DNA of 64,000 nt from Nitrosopumilus sp. (GTDB taxonomy: Archaea; Thermoproteota; Nitrososphaeria; Nitrososphaerales; Nitrosopumilaceae), in contig CBDBGZ010000004.1 in NCBI GenBank assembly GCA_965205425.1, positions 192,001-256,000 of the forward strand. Direction: 5' to 3'. Under the pieces are notes generated by a model that worked only from the letters and a program-made list of their open reading frames with translations, did not search any database and was not told the origin of the DNA. Both the position numbers and the translations under genes were made by a program. Of the stretch, positions 42,155 through 52,110 are shown piece by piece; the stretch's first letter is position 1; the number at the start of each line of letters is the position of its first letter.

Positions 42155-43200
42155 GATGCAGGAACTGTTTCTTCTAAACTAAAAGAACTTTCTACAAAGT
42201 ATTCTACACGAGTTTTTTTGAATTCTCTAGTACTAAAGAGAATTTTGTATTCATCAACACTAATTTGATCTTGGATTGTTTTTGCCATTTCATTTGCCTC
42301 TTCATGAGTCTTACAGTGAATCATTGAAAATACATTGTAAGGCCAATCAGCATATGTAGGTCTCTCATAGCAATGACTTACTTGAGGAAAAGAGCCCAAA
42401 GTTTCTCCAACTTTAGCAATTCTATCTTCAGGTACTTTCCATACAATCATACCATTTGCAGTAAATCCCACTTGTCTATGTCTTAAGATAGCTGCAAATC
42501 TTCGCATAACTCCAATATCTTCATAGTGTTTCATTTTTGCAAACAATTCATCTTCAGTCATTCCAAGATTTTTTGCGGCATTTACAAAAGGCTCATCAAT
42601 AATATCCATATCTTTTTGTAACTCACGAATGAAATCTTTGTCTTCTTCAGTAGGAACAAATTTTACATTTTTAATTTCTTTTTTCTCTTCAGTTGGTGCT
42701 ACATCATGTTTCTTGTCATCTACCATGTCAAGTTTAACACCAATTTTGAATAATTGTAAAGTTGGAAGCATTCTAACTGTTTTAATTCCTTTTAGGACAT
42801 TGAATTTTTCAAGCTCTTCTTTCAAATCAGCTCTAGGAGGAACAGCTAAGGTAAACCAAAGATTGAATTGGTGATCTCGCTCATAGTTATGGCTTACACC
42901 CGGATGACGATTGATTTGACTAGCAACGTATTCTAATTTATCACTTTCAATCTCCATAGCAACAAGAGAACTGGTATAGCCAAGTTTTCTCGTATCAAAA
43001 ATTGCACTTAGTTGTCTTAAAACTCCAATTTCTTTTAGTTCATTTAGTCTTGCTTTGATATCTTCAGGAGTTGAATCAAATTTTTTAGCAATAGCATCAA
43101 AAGGTCTAGTTACAAGTGGGAAAGTCCATTGAATCTCATTAAGAAGTTCTTTATCAGATTCATCCATAGAAGTCAATAAGTCAATACCTTGAGTATTCAA
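42151..43200 (-). CDS. ahbAB: Sirohaem decarboxylase, fused AhbA/AhbB
   Basis: Two Lrp-like halves with VSHNYER and VSHCYER; haem-gene context. Confidence 0.9.
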   Translation of the reverse strand: MNTQGIDLLTSMDESDKELLNEIQWTFPLVTRPFDAIAKKFDSTPEDIKARLNELKEIGVLRQLSAIFDTRKLGYTSSLVAMEIESDKLEYVASQINRHPGVSHNYERDHQFNLWFTLAVPPRADLKEELEKFNVLKGIKTVRMLPTLQLFKIGVKLDMVDDKKHDVAPTEEKKEIKNVKFVPTEEDKDFIRELQKDMDIIDEPFVNAAKNLGMTEDELFAKMKHYEDIGVMRRFAAILRHRQVGFTANGMIVWKVPEDRIAKVGETLGSFPQVSHCYERPTYADWPYNVFSMIHCKTHEEANEMAKTIQDQISVDEYKILFSTREFKKTRVEYFVESSFSLEETVPAS

Positions 43201-43270
43201 TTAAAAATGTAGCTCGTATTTTAGGCTCTGATTTTTAATACATAAATAGAAACTGAAGTCCCTTTGATCG

Positions 43271-43924
43271 ATGATAGTTGATCTTAATCTTCAAGGGAAA
43301 AAAATAATTATCATAGGTGGAGGAAACGAGGCACAAAAAAGAATCAATTCAGTGTTAAAACAAGAATGTGTAATTACGGTTCTCAGTGATTCAGTAAATT
43401 TACAAATAAACAAACTAGTGAAAACAAAGAAAATTAAATTTGTAAAACAAAAAATTGTAGACACAAAATTTATTTCAAAATTAAAACCAGATTTGATAAT
43501 TACAACAACAGATGATAAAAAAATAAACCAGAAAATCATCAATGATGCAAAAAAGAAAAAGATTTTTGTTTACAGTTCAGATAATCCAGAAGATAGTGAT
43601 TTTTCAAATCCTGCAATAATAGATTTTGAAAATATGATACAAATTGCAATTTTTACTGGTGGAAAAAGTCCAGCAATGTCAAAAAAACTTAAAGACAAAT
43701 CGGAAAAACTATTCAAAAAAATAATTACCAAAGAAGATATCGCTCAAATTAAAATTCAAAAAATTGCAAGAAAAATTGCAAAAGAAACCATTTCCACTCA
43801 AGAGGAAAGAAGAAACTGTCTACGTAGTATCATGAGTGATAATGATATTGATCAGTTAATAAAAGACGGCCAAGTGAAAAAAGCTAAAAAGCGAGCTATT
43901 ACAATATTGAGGAATTGGAAATGA
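43271..43924 (+). CDS. sirC: Precorrin-2 dehydrogenase / ferrochelatase (SirC/Met8-like)
   Basis: IIGGG, D.P..SDF..PA, TGGKSPA. Confidence 0.9.
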   Translation: MIVDLNLQGKKIIIIGGGNEAQKRINSVLKQECVITVLSDSVNLQINKLVKTKKIKFVKQKIVDTKFISKLKPDLIITTTDDKKINQKIINDAKKKKIFVYSSDNPEDSDFSNPAIIDFENMIQIAIFTGGKSPAMSKKLKDKSEKLFKKIITKEDIAQIKIQKIARKIAKETISTQEERRNCLRSIMSDNDIDQLIKDGQVKKAKKRAITILRNWK

Positions 43925-45186
43925 ATCAAAATATCATCAATGCACGTGTTACTTTTCGTAACTCTCCAATTCACATTTTAGAGCAATTTACCATTAAAGA
44001 CATGGAAAATGCATATGATCAATTCAAAAAGAATTCAGGGCTAGATGAATGTGTAATTATTCAAACTTGTAATAGAATTGAATTATTTGGAAAATCCAAA
44101 TCTCATGATTCAGATAAAATCAAAAAAACATGGGCAACAATTACAGGGTTAGAAGAAGAAGCATTTAATGAAAATATAGAATTTGTAGAGAATCAAGAGG
44201 CACTTCATCATTTGCTAAAACTCACATCAGGTCTAGATTCCATGGTATTGGGAGAGGAACAGATTCTAGGTCAAATAAAAAATTCCATCACATCTGCCAG
44301 AGAAGTTAAAGCATCAGGACAACATCTCAATACACTATTTGATAAAGCAATTAGAATTGGAACTAGAATTAGAAATTCAAGTGGAATTGGTGCAGGAGGA
44401 ATTTCAGTAGGGTCAATGGCAGTAAAGCTTGCAGAAGAAAACATTGATGAATTAAAAACAAAAAAAGTTTTGCTTATCGGTACAGGAGAAGTATCCACCC
44501 TAGTTGCAAAATCACTACAAAGACGAGGCTATGCATTTGATGTTACAAGTAGAACGATGGGAAGATCAGAAACATTTTGTGAAACAATGGGTGGAAATCC
44601 AGCTAAATTTGAAGATGTGTTTTCAGGGTTTGACAATTATGATGTAATTTTTGTTGCAACAACTGCACCATATTTTCTAGTTACAAATGATAGAATTACA
44701 GAAGCTATGAAAAATAAAAGCAAAGGAATGATGATTTTGGATTTATCAAATCCTAGAACAGTTGATGAAAAAGTTGCAACCATTGGAGGAGTTAAACTCA
44801 TGAATCTAGATCAAATTGCCGAAATGGTAGAAAAGAATATGAATGCACGATTAAACAAGGTAAAAACCGTTGAAAATATAATTAACGAGGAAGTTTCTGT
44901 ATTAGAAGCCTCAATGAAAAGACTAGATGCAGAACCACTGGTAAAAGACGTATTCAAAAACATAGAGAATCTTAGAGAAAAAGAATTACAAAAAGCACTT
45001 CAAATGCTAGATGAAAAAGATGAAAAAAAAGTCAAAATTATTGAGGAATTAACAAAGGCAGTTGTAGAAAGTATCGTATCGACCCCAATGAATAATATCA
45101 GAAAAGCATCAGAGCAAGGTAAACCTGACGTAGTAGAGCTTGCCAGTAAATTATTTGACTATAAAAAACAAAATCAAGTAGACTAG
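43915..45186 (+). CDS. hemA: Glutamyl-tRNA reductase
   Basis: TCNR, SGLDSMVLGEEQILGQ. Confidence 0.97.
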   Translation: MEMNQNIINARVTFRNSPIHILEQFTIKDMENAYDQFKKNSGLDECVIIQTCNRIELFGKSKSHDSDKIKKTWATITGLEEEAFNENIEFVENQEALHHLLKLTSGLDSMVLGEEQILGQIKNSITSAREVKASGQHLNTLFDKAIRIGTRIRNSSGIGAGGISVGSMAVKLAEENIDELKTKKVLLIGTGEVSTLVAKSLQRRGYAFDVTSRTMGRSETFCETMGGNPAKFEDVFSGFDNYDVIFVATTAPYFLVTNDRITEAMKNKSKGMMILDLSNPRTVDEKVATIGGVKLMNLDQIAEMVEKNMNARLNKVKTVENIINEEVSVLEASMKRLDAEPLVKDVFKNIENLREKELQKALQMLDEKDEKKVKIIEELTKAVVESIVSTPMNNIRKASEQGKPDVVELASKLFDYKKQNQVD

Positions 45187-45216
45187 GATTATATTTTAGC
45201 TAGAGAGAATTTTATC

Positions 45217-46197
45217 ATGTCATTTCCAACTAGACGGCTTCGTCGACTACGAATATCAGATAAAATGAGAGAATTAGTTCAAGAAACAACCCTTTCACCA
45301 AAAGATTTCATTTGTCCAGTATTCGTTCAAGAGGATTTGAAAGAAAGAGTCAAAGTAGAATCAATGTCAGAAATCGAACGTTTACCACTAAGTGACATAA
45401 ATGAAGAAGTTAGAAAAATTATTGATTTAGGAATTCCTGCAATCATGGTTTTTGGAATTCCATCACAAAAAGATGAAGCAGGAAGTTCAGCATTTGACAA
45501 TAATGGAATTGTTCAAAAAGCAATTGCACAGATTAGAGAAGAATTTGGAGATAAGATGGTAATCATGGCAGATGTTTGTCTATGTCAATTTACATCCACA
45601 GGACATTGTGGAATTATTCAAGGAGATAAAATCGATAATGATATCAGTTTAGATACACTTGCAAAAATTGCAATTAGTCAAGCAAAAGCAGGAGTAGACA
45701 CAGTATCACCATCAGCAATGATGGATGGTCAAGTTGCTGCAATTAGAAAAGCATTAGACAAAGAAGGATTTGTAGATGTTTCAATAATGTCACACTCTGC
45801 AAAACACCGCTCAAACTTTTACTCGCCATTTAGAGATGCAGCAGAATGCACTCCAAAGTTTGGAGACAGAAAAACCTACCAAGTTCCATATACAAATGCA
45901 AGAGAAGCAATGATGGAAGTTGAAACAGATATTGAAGAAGGAGTAGACATTGTCATGATAAAACCAGCATTATCATATTTGGATTTAATTGCAGAAACTA
46001 GGAGAAAATACAATGTTCCAGTTTCAGCATACAGTGTATCTGGAGAATATGCACTGGTAAAAGCAGCATCACAATTAGGATACGTAAATGAGAAAGACAT
46101 TACACTAGAAATTTTACATTCTATTAAAAGGGCAGGTGCAGACATGATAGTAACATATTTTGCAAAATCAGCTTCTAGATTCCTTCAAGAATCATGA
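45217..46197 (+). CDS. hemB: Porphobilinogen synthase
   Basis: DVCLC..GHCG, PSAMMDG, MIKPA, VSGEY. Confidence 0.97.
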   Translation: MSFPTRRLRRLRISDKMRELVQETTLSPKDFICPVFVQEDLKERVKVESMSEIERLPLSDINEEVRKIIDLGIPAIMVFGIPSQKDEAGSSAFDNNGIVQKAIAQIREEFGDKMVIMADVCLCQFTSTGHCGIIQGDKIDNDISLDTLAKIAISQAKAGVDTVSPSAMMDGQVAAIRKALDKEGFVDVSIMSHSAKHRSNFYSPFRDAAECTPKFGDRKTYQVPYTNAREAMMEVETDIEEGVDIVMIKPALSYLDLIAETRRKYNVPVSAYSVSGEYALVKAASQLGYVNEKDITLEILHSIKRAGADMIVTYFAKSASRFLQES

Positions 46198-46505
46198 GAA
46201 ACGACGAGCGTTTTGAAATTCAAAGAGCCTTTGATTTATTGCCACATGTAGTCGGTGCTAGCTGGACTGCAGTTTGGTTTAGAATGAAAGATATCAAAAA
46301 ACCAACAAGAGAAGAATTTCGAGAAAAAACAATAGAATATTTGCAATTAGTTGAGCCTGTATTTGATTCCTACCCAAAAGGAGAAGAATTTGCTGAAATT
46401 AACAAATACATCGAATTTAGGAAAAATGAAGAATATGAGAAAATAAAGACTGGCGAAAATAATGAAATTGAAACAAGGTATGATAGATATGTCGATTATG
46501 GCTAA
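46194..46505 (+). CDS. Hypothetical protein coupled to hemB
   Basis: ATGA overlap with hemB; 103 aa. Confidence 0.75.
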   Translation: MRNDERFEIQRAFDLLPHVVGASWTAVWFRMKDIKKPTREEFREKTIEYLQLVEPVFDSYPKGEEFAEINKYIEFRKNEEYEKIKTGENNEIETRYDRYVDYG

Positions 46506-46621
46506 AGCATTGGAGTTTTAAAACACACATCCCCATAGTTGCTAAGGCAATATGAGAAAAGCAGTACAAATACCAAGATTACAGGAGGAGTAAAAATGAG
46601 AAAGTATGTTAGTGTCCTCAT
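46502..46621 (-). CDS. Possible 39-aa single-pass membrane peptide
   Basis: MRTLTYFLIFTPPVILVFVLLFSYCLSNYGDVCFKTPML fills the gap; below ORF-track cutoff. Confidence 0.4.
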   Translation of the reverse strand: MRTLTYFLIFTPPVILVFVLLFSYCLSNYGDVCFKTPML

Positions 46622-46650
46622 TGTCCTTAAGGGATTAAAAATTCCATAAG

Positions 46651-47271
46651 TTATATCTCCTGTTTTAGTTGTTTTAGATAATCTTTGAGTATTTTAGTTC
46701 TTTTTTTGGCTTCCGCCTTACCAGATGTTGTATTCATCAAAGACTCCAATTTGAGTAATTTTTGATAAAAATGATCTATAGTCCAAGTTTTATCATCAGG
46801 TTTCCTCGTTTTACAAAATGGATCATCAATGTTGTAAAATGGTCGTTTCAGTGAACCTCCAGTAGCAAAAACTCTTGCAAGTCCTATTGCACCTATTGCA
46901 TCTAATCTATCAGCATCCTGAAGAATTTTTCCCTCCAAAGTTGAAGGTATTTTATTTTGTGAAAAACTATGATCACGAATAGCATCTGAAATAACAGTAA
47001 TTTCTTCTTCTAAAAAATTATATTTTTTTAGAATTTGTTTAGATTTTTTTACACTTTCTGTTGAAGCCATTTTTGAGCGTTTGTCAGATTTTGGATAAGA
47101 AACAATATCATGTAATAATGCGGCACTAAGAACTAATTTCTCATTGGCTTTCTCTTTCTTGCACATTTTTTGAGCATTTTTGTAAACTCTCATAATGTGT
47201 TCAAAATCATGTGCGGAATCATTATTCATGATTTCTTTAACTTCATTTTTTATAGAATCGAGAATTTTCAT
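46651..47271 (-). CDS. HD-domain phosphohydrolase
   Basis: HDFEH..RV, LLHD, DADRLDA. Confidence 0.92.
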   Translation of the reverse strand: MKILDSIKNEVKEIMNNDSAHDFEHIMRVYKNAQKMCKKEKANEKLVLSAALLHDIVSYPKSDKRSKMASTESVKKSKQILKKYNFLEEEITVISDAIRDHSFSQNKIPSTLEGKILQDADRLDAIGAIGLARVFATGGSLKRPFYNIDDPFCKTRKPDDKTWTIDHFYQKLLKLESLMNTTSGKAEAKKRTKILKDYLKQLKQEI

Positions 47272-47892
47272 TTAGAATCTCCATATTTTTGGTTTGACAA
47301 ATTTTAATTTTCTTTTAGTGATTAAAAGAGTCCAATTGACTGATGCAAATAAAATAATCAATCCAATTCCTGCACCATCAATTAATAAAATTCCAGTTAG
47401 ACGATCCTCAAATAATTCTAAGAATGGAGTTAGCACAGCATTTCCAGAATAAATCATAACAATGTATGAGATAGTCCTACCAAACCAAAATCCAACATAA
47501 ATTCCCAGGCTTTTTGCTCGCATTAGTCCATATGCAATAAACAACATGTTACTTGGTAGAGGGGTCGCACCAAAAAGAAAAGATGCAATAACATAACCAT
47601 ATTTTTTATTATTCAGATAATCTCCAATCACATCAAGGTTAGATTTTTGTTCTTCTGCAACAAATCTTCTAAAAAGTACACTAATTCGCTTAAGAGCAAA
47701 TCGGCCAATAGTAGCTCCTGTTGCACCCACCATAGCAAGAATAACTACATTCAGGGTAGGATCTAGAAGATAAAATGATGTTAGAATAATCCAGCTTGGA
47801 GGCATTAGAATTGGAGATGCATTTACTCCAATTAGTACAAGAAAAATTCCAAAATATGAAAATTCTCCAAAAATTTCAAAAATATCTAACAT
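47272..47892 (-). CDS. DedA/VTT-like membrane protein
   Basis: Multiple TM segments, GAT.G, TPLPS motifs. Confidence 0.75.
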   Translation of the reverse strand: MLDIFEIFGEFSYFGIFLVLIGVNASPILMPPSWIILTSFYLLDPTLNVVILAMVGATGATIGRFALKRISVLFRRFVAEEQKSNLDVIGDYLNNKKYGYVIASFLFGATPLPSNMLFIAYGLMRAKSLGIYVGFWFGRTISYIVMIYSGNAVLTPFLELFEDRLTGILLIDGAGIGLIILFASVNWTLLITKRKLKFVKPKIWRF

Positions 47893-48041
47893 CTTTCAAA
47901 AATTGTAGTACTTTTTTTGCTTCTAAACCCTTGGATTCATTTTTAGTCATGAAAAAATATCATTCTGATCTAAAAAATTATAAGAATTACATGTTTTTCA
48001 AAACAATGATCATGTATTGTAACAAATTGGATCAATCATGC

Positions 48042-49455
48042 GGTGCTGTCCAAATTTTTTCCGCAAAACTTGCGAAAAGCTTATAGATCCAGTACTTGGG
48101 AAAGTAGATTTCAGTTGTACGATTTTCACTAGTTTTTTTATGTTAATTTTGTGCCTATGAAAATATCATGCTCAAATTATAGCACTGACAAAAATATCGT
48201 CATGAAATCAGTATGAACTAACCGAAATTCAAAGAATCAAATTTTACTTTCCCAAGTACTGTAGATCATGACGGATTCCGCCATGTTTTTTGATCACCAA
48301 ATGACTGGTACATGTAATGACTGGGAAAAAGAAGCACAGGAACGCACTGTACGGTGCACACGTAACACAATACCGCAAGCACGTCAGAAATCTCAAGGCA
48401 CGAAAGTATCGCAACTACTCACAATATGAGAAGAATAGAAGGGGCGAGAGCAAGAAGATAAGGGCAAGGATCAAGCGAATCAAGAAGCTGATCCCCTCCG
48501 TGTGGAAAGATGCTACCGATGCCGAGATTGCCTCGCTGTTATGCGTACTGGACATGGTGTTTCACAACCACTCGTACAGAATCCACGTTACATACATGGA
48601 GCTGCACCAAGGTACGGTAAACACCTATGGCTTAAAAAAGATCCCCTCCAAATCCACCCTGGGAAACATGGCAAAGTCACTCTCCGGACGCATGGGGCAG
48701 ATCAAGGGACTGCTACTGGCACAGGCCGGAGACGACACACACGGCAGTCTTGGAGGCGACTCGTCGGGGTTCTCCATAGCAAAATACGAGGACTGGGAGG
48801 ATGCCAAGAAGGGACTGGTGTCAAGGCGCGGATTTGACAAGCTGCACATACTTGTGGCCCCGCATGGAATGATATCTGCATGCGAGGTGACCTGTGGAAG
48901 GACGCATGACTCGCCGGTATTTCGTACCATGTTTGCAAGGATGCCACAGGGTTCAGGTGACGTGCTGCTTGATGCGGCATACCTTGCAGGGGAGAACTGC
49001 AGGGTCATAACTGACAGCGGACGCAGGCCGGTAATATGCCCCAAGGGGAACTCTGTCCCACGCGGATTTACACCGATGGGCAAGATGTTGCGATGGCATC
49101 GCGATGATCCTAAAGGGTTTGAAATGGCATACCATCAGCGCAGTCTGGTCGAGGACGTGTTTTCTGTAATCAAGGAGAGGTTCGGTGCGGTGGCTCGCGC
49201 AAGAAGCGAGTCTGTAAGAAGACTGCAGTTGACCATCATGTGCGTCTGCTACAACCTGATATCCTGACATTGCGTGTCCGGAATAGGGGTCCGGCCCTAG
49301 CGTAAGCTATGTGTCGGTGCGTGTCATTTTGGCACAAAATCACGGCATTGCAGTGACGGCCTTGATCCATATGGCCGTATGTGGAGTCTGTTCTGCATAT
49401 TTCTGTGCAAGAATCATGCAATTCATGTCCGAAATTGGCAAAATTGGACAGCACC
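48042..49455 (+). mobile_element. IS903-like element, copy B (transposase 48317-49267), with a MITE in its left end
   Basis: TIR GGTGCTGTCCAA; flanked by CAATCATGC; DSSG, KLHI, LLDAAY, YHQRSLVE motifs. Confidence 0.95.
48090..48261. mobile_element. 172-bp MITE (ISH3-type ends)
   Basis: Perfect 17-bp TIR CAGTACTTGGGAAAGTA; 6-bp TSD TAGATC; absent from copies A and C. Confidence 0.93.
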
Positions 49456-49464
49456 CAATCATGC

Positions 49465-50700
49465 GGTGCTGTCCAAATTTTTTCCGCAAAACTTGCGAAA
49501 AGCTTATAGATCATGACGGATTCCGCCATGTTTTTTGATCACCAAATGACTGGTACGTGTAATGACTGGGAAAAAGAAGCACAGGAACGCACTGTACGGT
49601 GCACACGTAACACAATACCGCAAGCACGTCAGAAATCTCAAGGCACGAAAGTATCGCAACTACTCACAATATGAGAAGAATAGAAGAGGCGAGAGCAAGA
49701 AGATAAGGGCAAGGATCAAGCGAATCAAGAAGCTGATCCCCTCCGTGTGGAAAGATGCTACCGATGCCGAGATTGCCTCGCTGTTATGCGTACTGGACAT
49801 GGTGTTTCACAACCACTCGTACAGAATCCACGTTACATACATGGAGCTGCACCAAGGTACGGTAAACACCTATGGCTTAAAAAAGATCCCCTCCAAATCC
49901 ACCCTGGGAAACATGGCAAAGTCACTCTCCGGACGCATGGGGCAGATCAAGGGACTGTTACTGGCACAGGCCGGAGACGACACACACGGCAGTCTTGGAG
50001 GCGACTCGTCGGGGTTCTCAATAGCAAAATACGAGGACTGGGAGGATGCCAAGAAAGGGCTGGTGTCAAGGCGCGGATTTGACAAGCTGCACATACTTGT
50101 GGCCCCGCATGGAATGATATCTGCATGCGAGGTGACCTGCGGAAGGACGCATGACTCGCCGGTATTTCGTACCATGTTTGCAAGGATGCCGCAGGGTTCA
50201 GGTGACGTGCTGCTTGATGCGGCATACCTTGCAGGGGAGAACTGCAGGGTCATAACTGACAGCGGACGCAGGCCGGTAATATGCCCCAAGGGGAACTCTG
50301 TCCCACGCGGATTTACACCGATGGGCAAGATGTTGCGATGGCATCGCGATGATCCTGAAGGGTTTGAAATGGCATACCATCAGCGCAGTCTGGTCGAGGA
50401 CGTGTTTTCTGTAATCAAGGAGAGGTTCGGTGCGGTGGCTCGCGCAAGAAGCGAGTCTGTAAGAAGACTGCAGTTGACCATCATGTGCGTCTGCTACAAC
50501 CTGATATCCTGACATTGCGTGTCCGGAATAGGGGTCCGGCCCTAGCGTAAGCTATGTGTAGGTGCGTGTCATTTTGGCACAAAATCACGGCATTGCAGTG
50601 ACGGCCTTGATCCATATGGCCGTATGTGGAGTCTGTTCTGCATATTTCTGTGCAAGAATCATGCAATTCATGTCCGAAATTGGCAAAATTGGACAGCACC
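49465..50700 (+). mobile_element. IS903-like element, copy C (transposase 49562-50512)
   Basis: 1236 bp; flanked by CAATCATGC at 49456-49464 and 50701-50709. Confidence 0.95.
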
Positions 50701-50744
50701 CAATCATGCAATATCCTTATAAGCAATTTATGCATAGTGTAGCC

Positions 50745-50867
50745 ATGTCCGAGATGGTTTGGAAGTGTTTTAGATGCAATTTATCATTCAAGGACGACCA
50801 ACTTGCTGAAATGCACAAGCAAATTTCAGAACATTCTGTTACTAAAGTAAAGACAATTGTAGCATAA
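50745..50867 (+). CDS. Small C2H2 zinc-finger protein (40 aa)
   Basis: WKCFRCNLSF.......H....H; TATA-like TTATAA at ~50717. Confidence 0.7.
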   Translation: MSEMVWKCFRCNLSFKDDQLAEMHKQISEHSVTKVKTIVA

Positions 50868-50911
50868 TTACAAAATTATTACCAAAATTTGCAATTATAG
50901 ATAAAAAATAG

Positions 50912-51011
50912 TGCAGAGGGTGGGATTCGAACCCACGAACTCCTGAGAGAAGGGATTACCCATATATGGATCTTGAGTCCCTCTCGGTTGACCGGGCTTC
51001 GATACCTCTGC
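50912..51011 (-). tRNA. tRNA-Leu(CAA) with 15-nt intron (50957-50971)
   Basis: Acceptor GCAGAGG/CCTCTGC, anticodon CAA, long variable arm, GTTCGAATC. Confidence 0.95.
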
Positions 51012-51130
51012 ATTGAGATTGTGTATGGACCAATATTTCTCGATTACTATTTTACCAAATTAAAAACCTGATCTATCATTTTACTAATTTTTGGACAAAG
51101 CTTATAATTGTGCACAATAGTTTCCAAAAC

Positions 51131-51445
51131 ATGTCAGAATTCATACCAATTTCCGACGCAAAAAAAATGCGAAGTGGAGTTAATGTTGAAGCTGTTGTTA
51201 AAAGCAAAGGAGACCCAAGAACTGTCAACCTCAAAAGTGGGGGAACAGTGGATGTCTGTGATGCAGTAATTTCTAACGGTGAAACAGAAGATGACCAAAT
51301 GAAACTCACATTGTGGGGCGACGATATCAAAGCAGTAAATGTTGGAGATACAGTTGTCATCACAAATGGATATACCAATGAGTTCAAAGGTGAAGTATCC
51401 TTAACCAAAGGTAAATTTGGTAAGATGGATATCAATCCTCAATAA
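51131..51445 (+). CDS. ssb: Single-stranded DNA-binding protein (single OB fold)
   Basis: KLTLWG, GDTV.I.NGY..EFKG..SL..GKFG. Confidence 0.9.
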   Translation: MSEFIPISDAKKMRSGVNVEAVVKSKGDPRTVNLKSGGTVDVCDAVISNGETEDDQMKLTLWGDDIKAVNVGDTVVITNGYTNEFKGEVSLTKGKFGKMDINPQ

Positions 51446-52044
51446 TTTCTTTTATTATCTAAATTATTTTTCAAATCTATTAAAATTACAATAACACCGA
51501 TAATTGAAATTAGTATTCCCAAAACAAGTAAAAATCCAGAAATTAAAAGAGATGAGACCACATTCATTACCTGGGAATCAGGATTTGATAATGCATCAGA
51601 GTTTTCCAGATCTTCAGAAAACATTACAACAACATTTACAATTCGAGAACCAGTATTTTTGATTTCAAAATTCAAACTATCATACTGTTCAAGTTCTAAT
51701 GCTTCAAATAAAATTGGTTCAGACATTACAAAATTTCCATAATCATCTCCAAAAATATTTGAGATGTTGATTGATAATGTATCTCCAGAAACATAATCAA
51801 TAACTTGAATTCCCCAAAGCAGAGGAGCACCATATGTAGATGTATCATACGTCACATATGCTGATTCATTAGGCATGATTTGGAGTTCATTTGTTATTTC
51901 ATCAAACATTCCCTTAAACATAGAAGCCATCGAAAGATCATTGGGGCCAGTAATGTTTGAAGGAACAACAGAAGATGCAATAGAAAGTGAAACTCCAACT
52001 AATATCAAACCTACAATTGTAATTACTAAACCACGTTTTTTCAT
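51439..52044 (-). CDS. Membrane protein with N- and C-terminal TM helices
   Basis: Hydrophobic termini. Confidence 0.75.
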   Translation of the reverse strand: MKKRGLVITIVGLILVGVSLSIASSVVPSNITGPNDLSMASMFKGMFDEITNELQIMPNESAYVTYDTSTYGAPLLWGIQVIDYVSGDTLSINISNIFGDDYGNFVMSEPILFEALELEQYDSLNFEIKNTGSRIVNVVVMFSEDLENSDALSNPDSQVMNVVSSLLISGFLLVLGILISIIGVIVILIDLKNNLDNKRNY

Positions 52045-52110
52045 TTTAAAATAACAAACTAAAACCCACTTTTATGTTATAGAATTGAATAGTAAATAGA
52101 TTTTGTAAGA

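Noticed and set aside
48502..50735. Overlapping and antisense ORFs in the IS903-like copies (also 32903-33735)
   Set aside because: Shadow ORFs expected from high GC; no motifs
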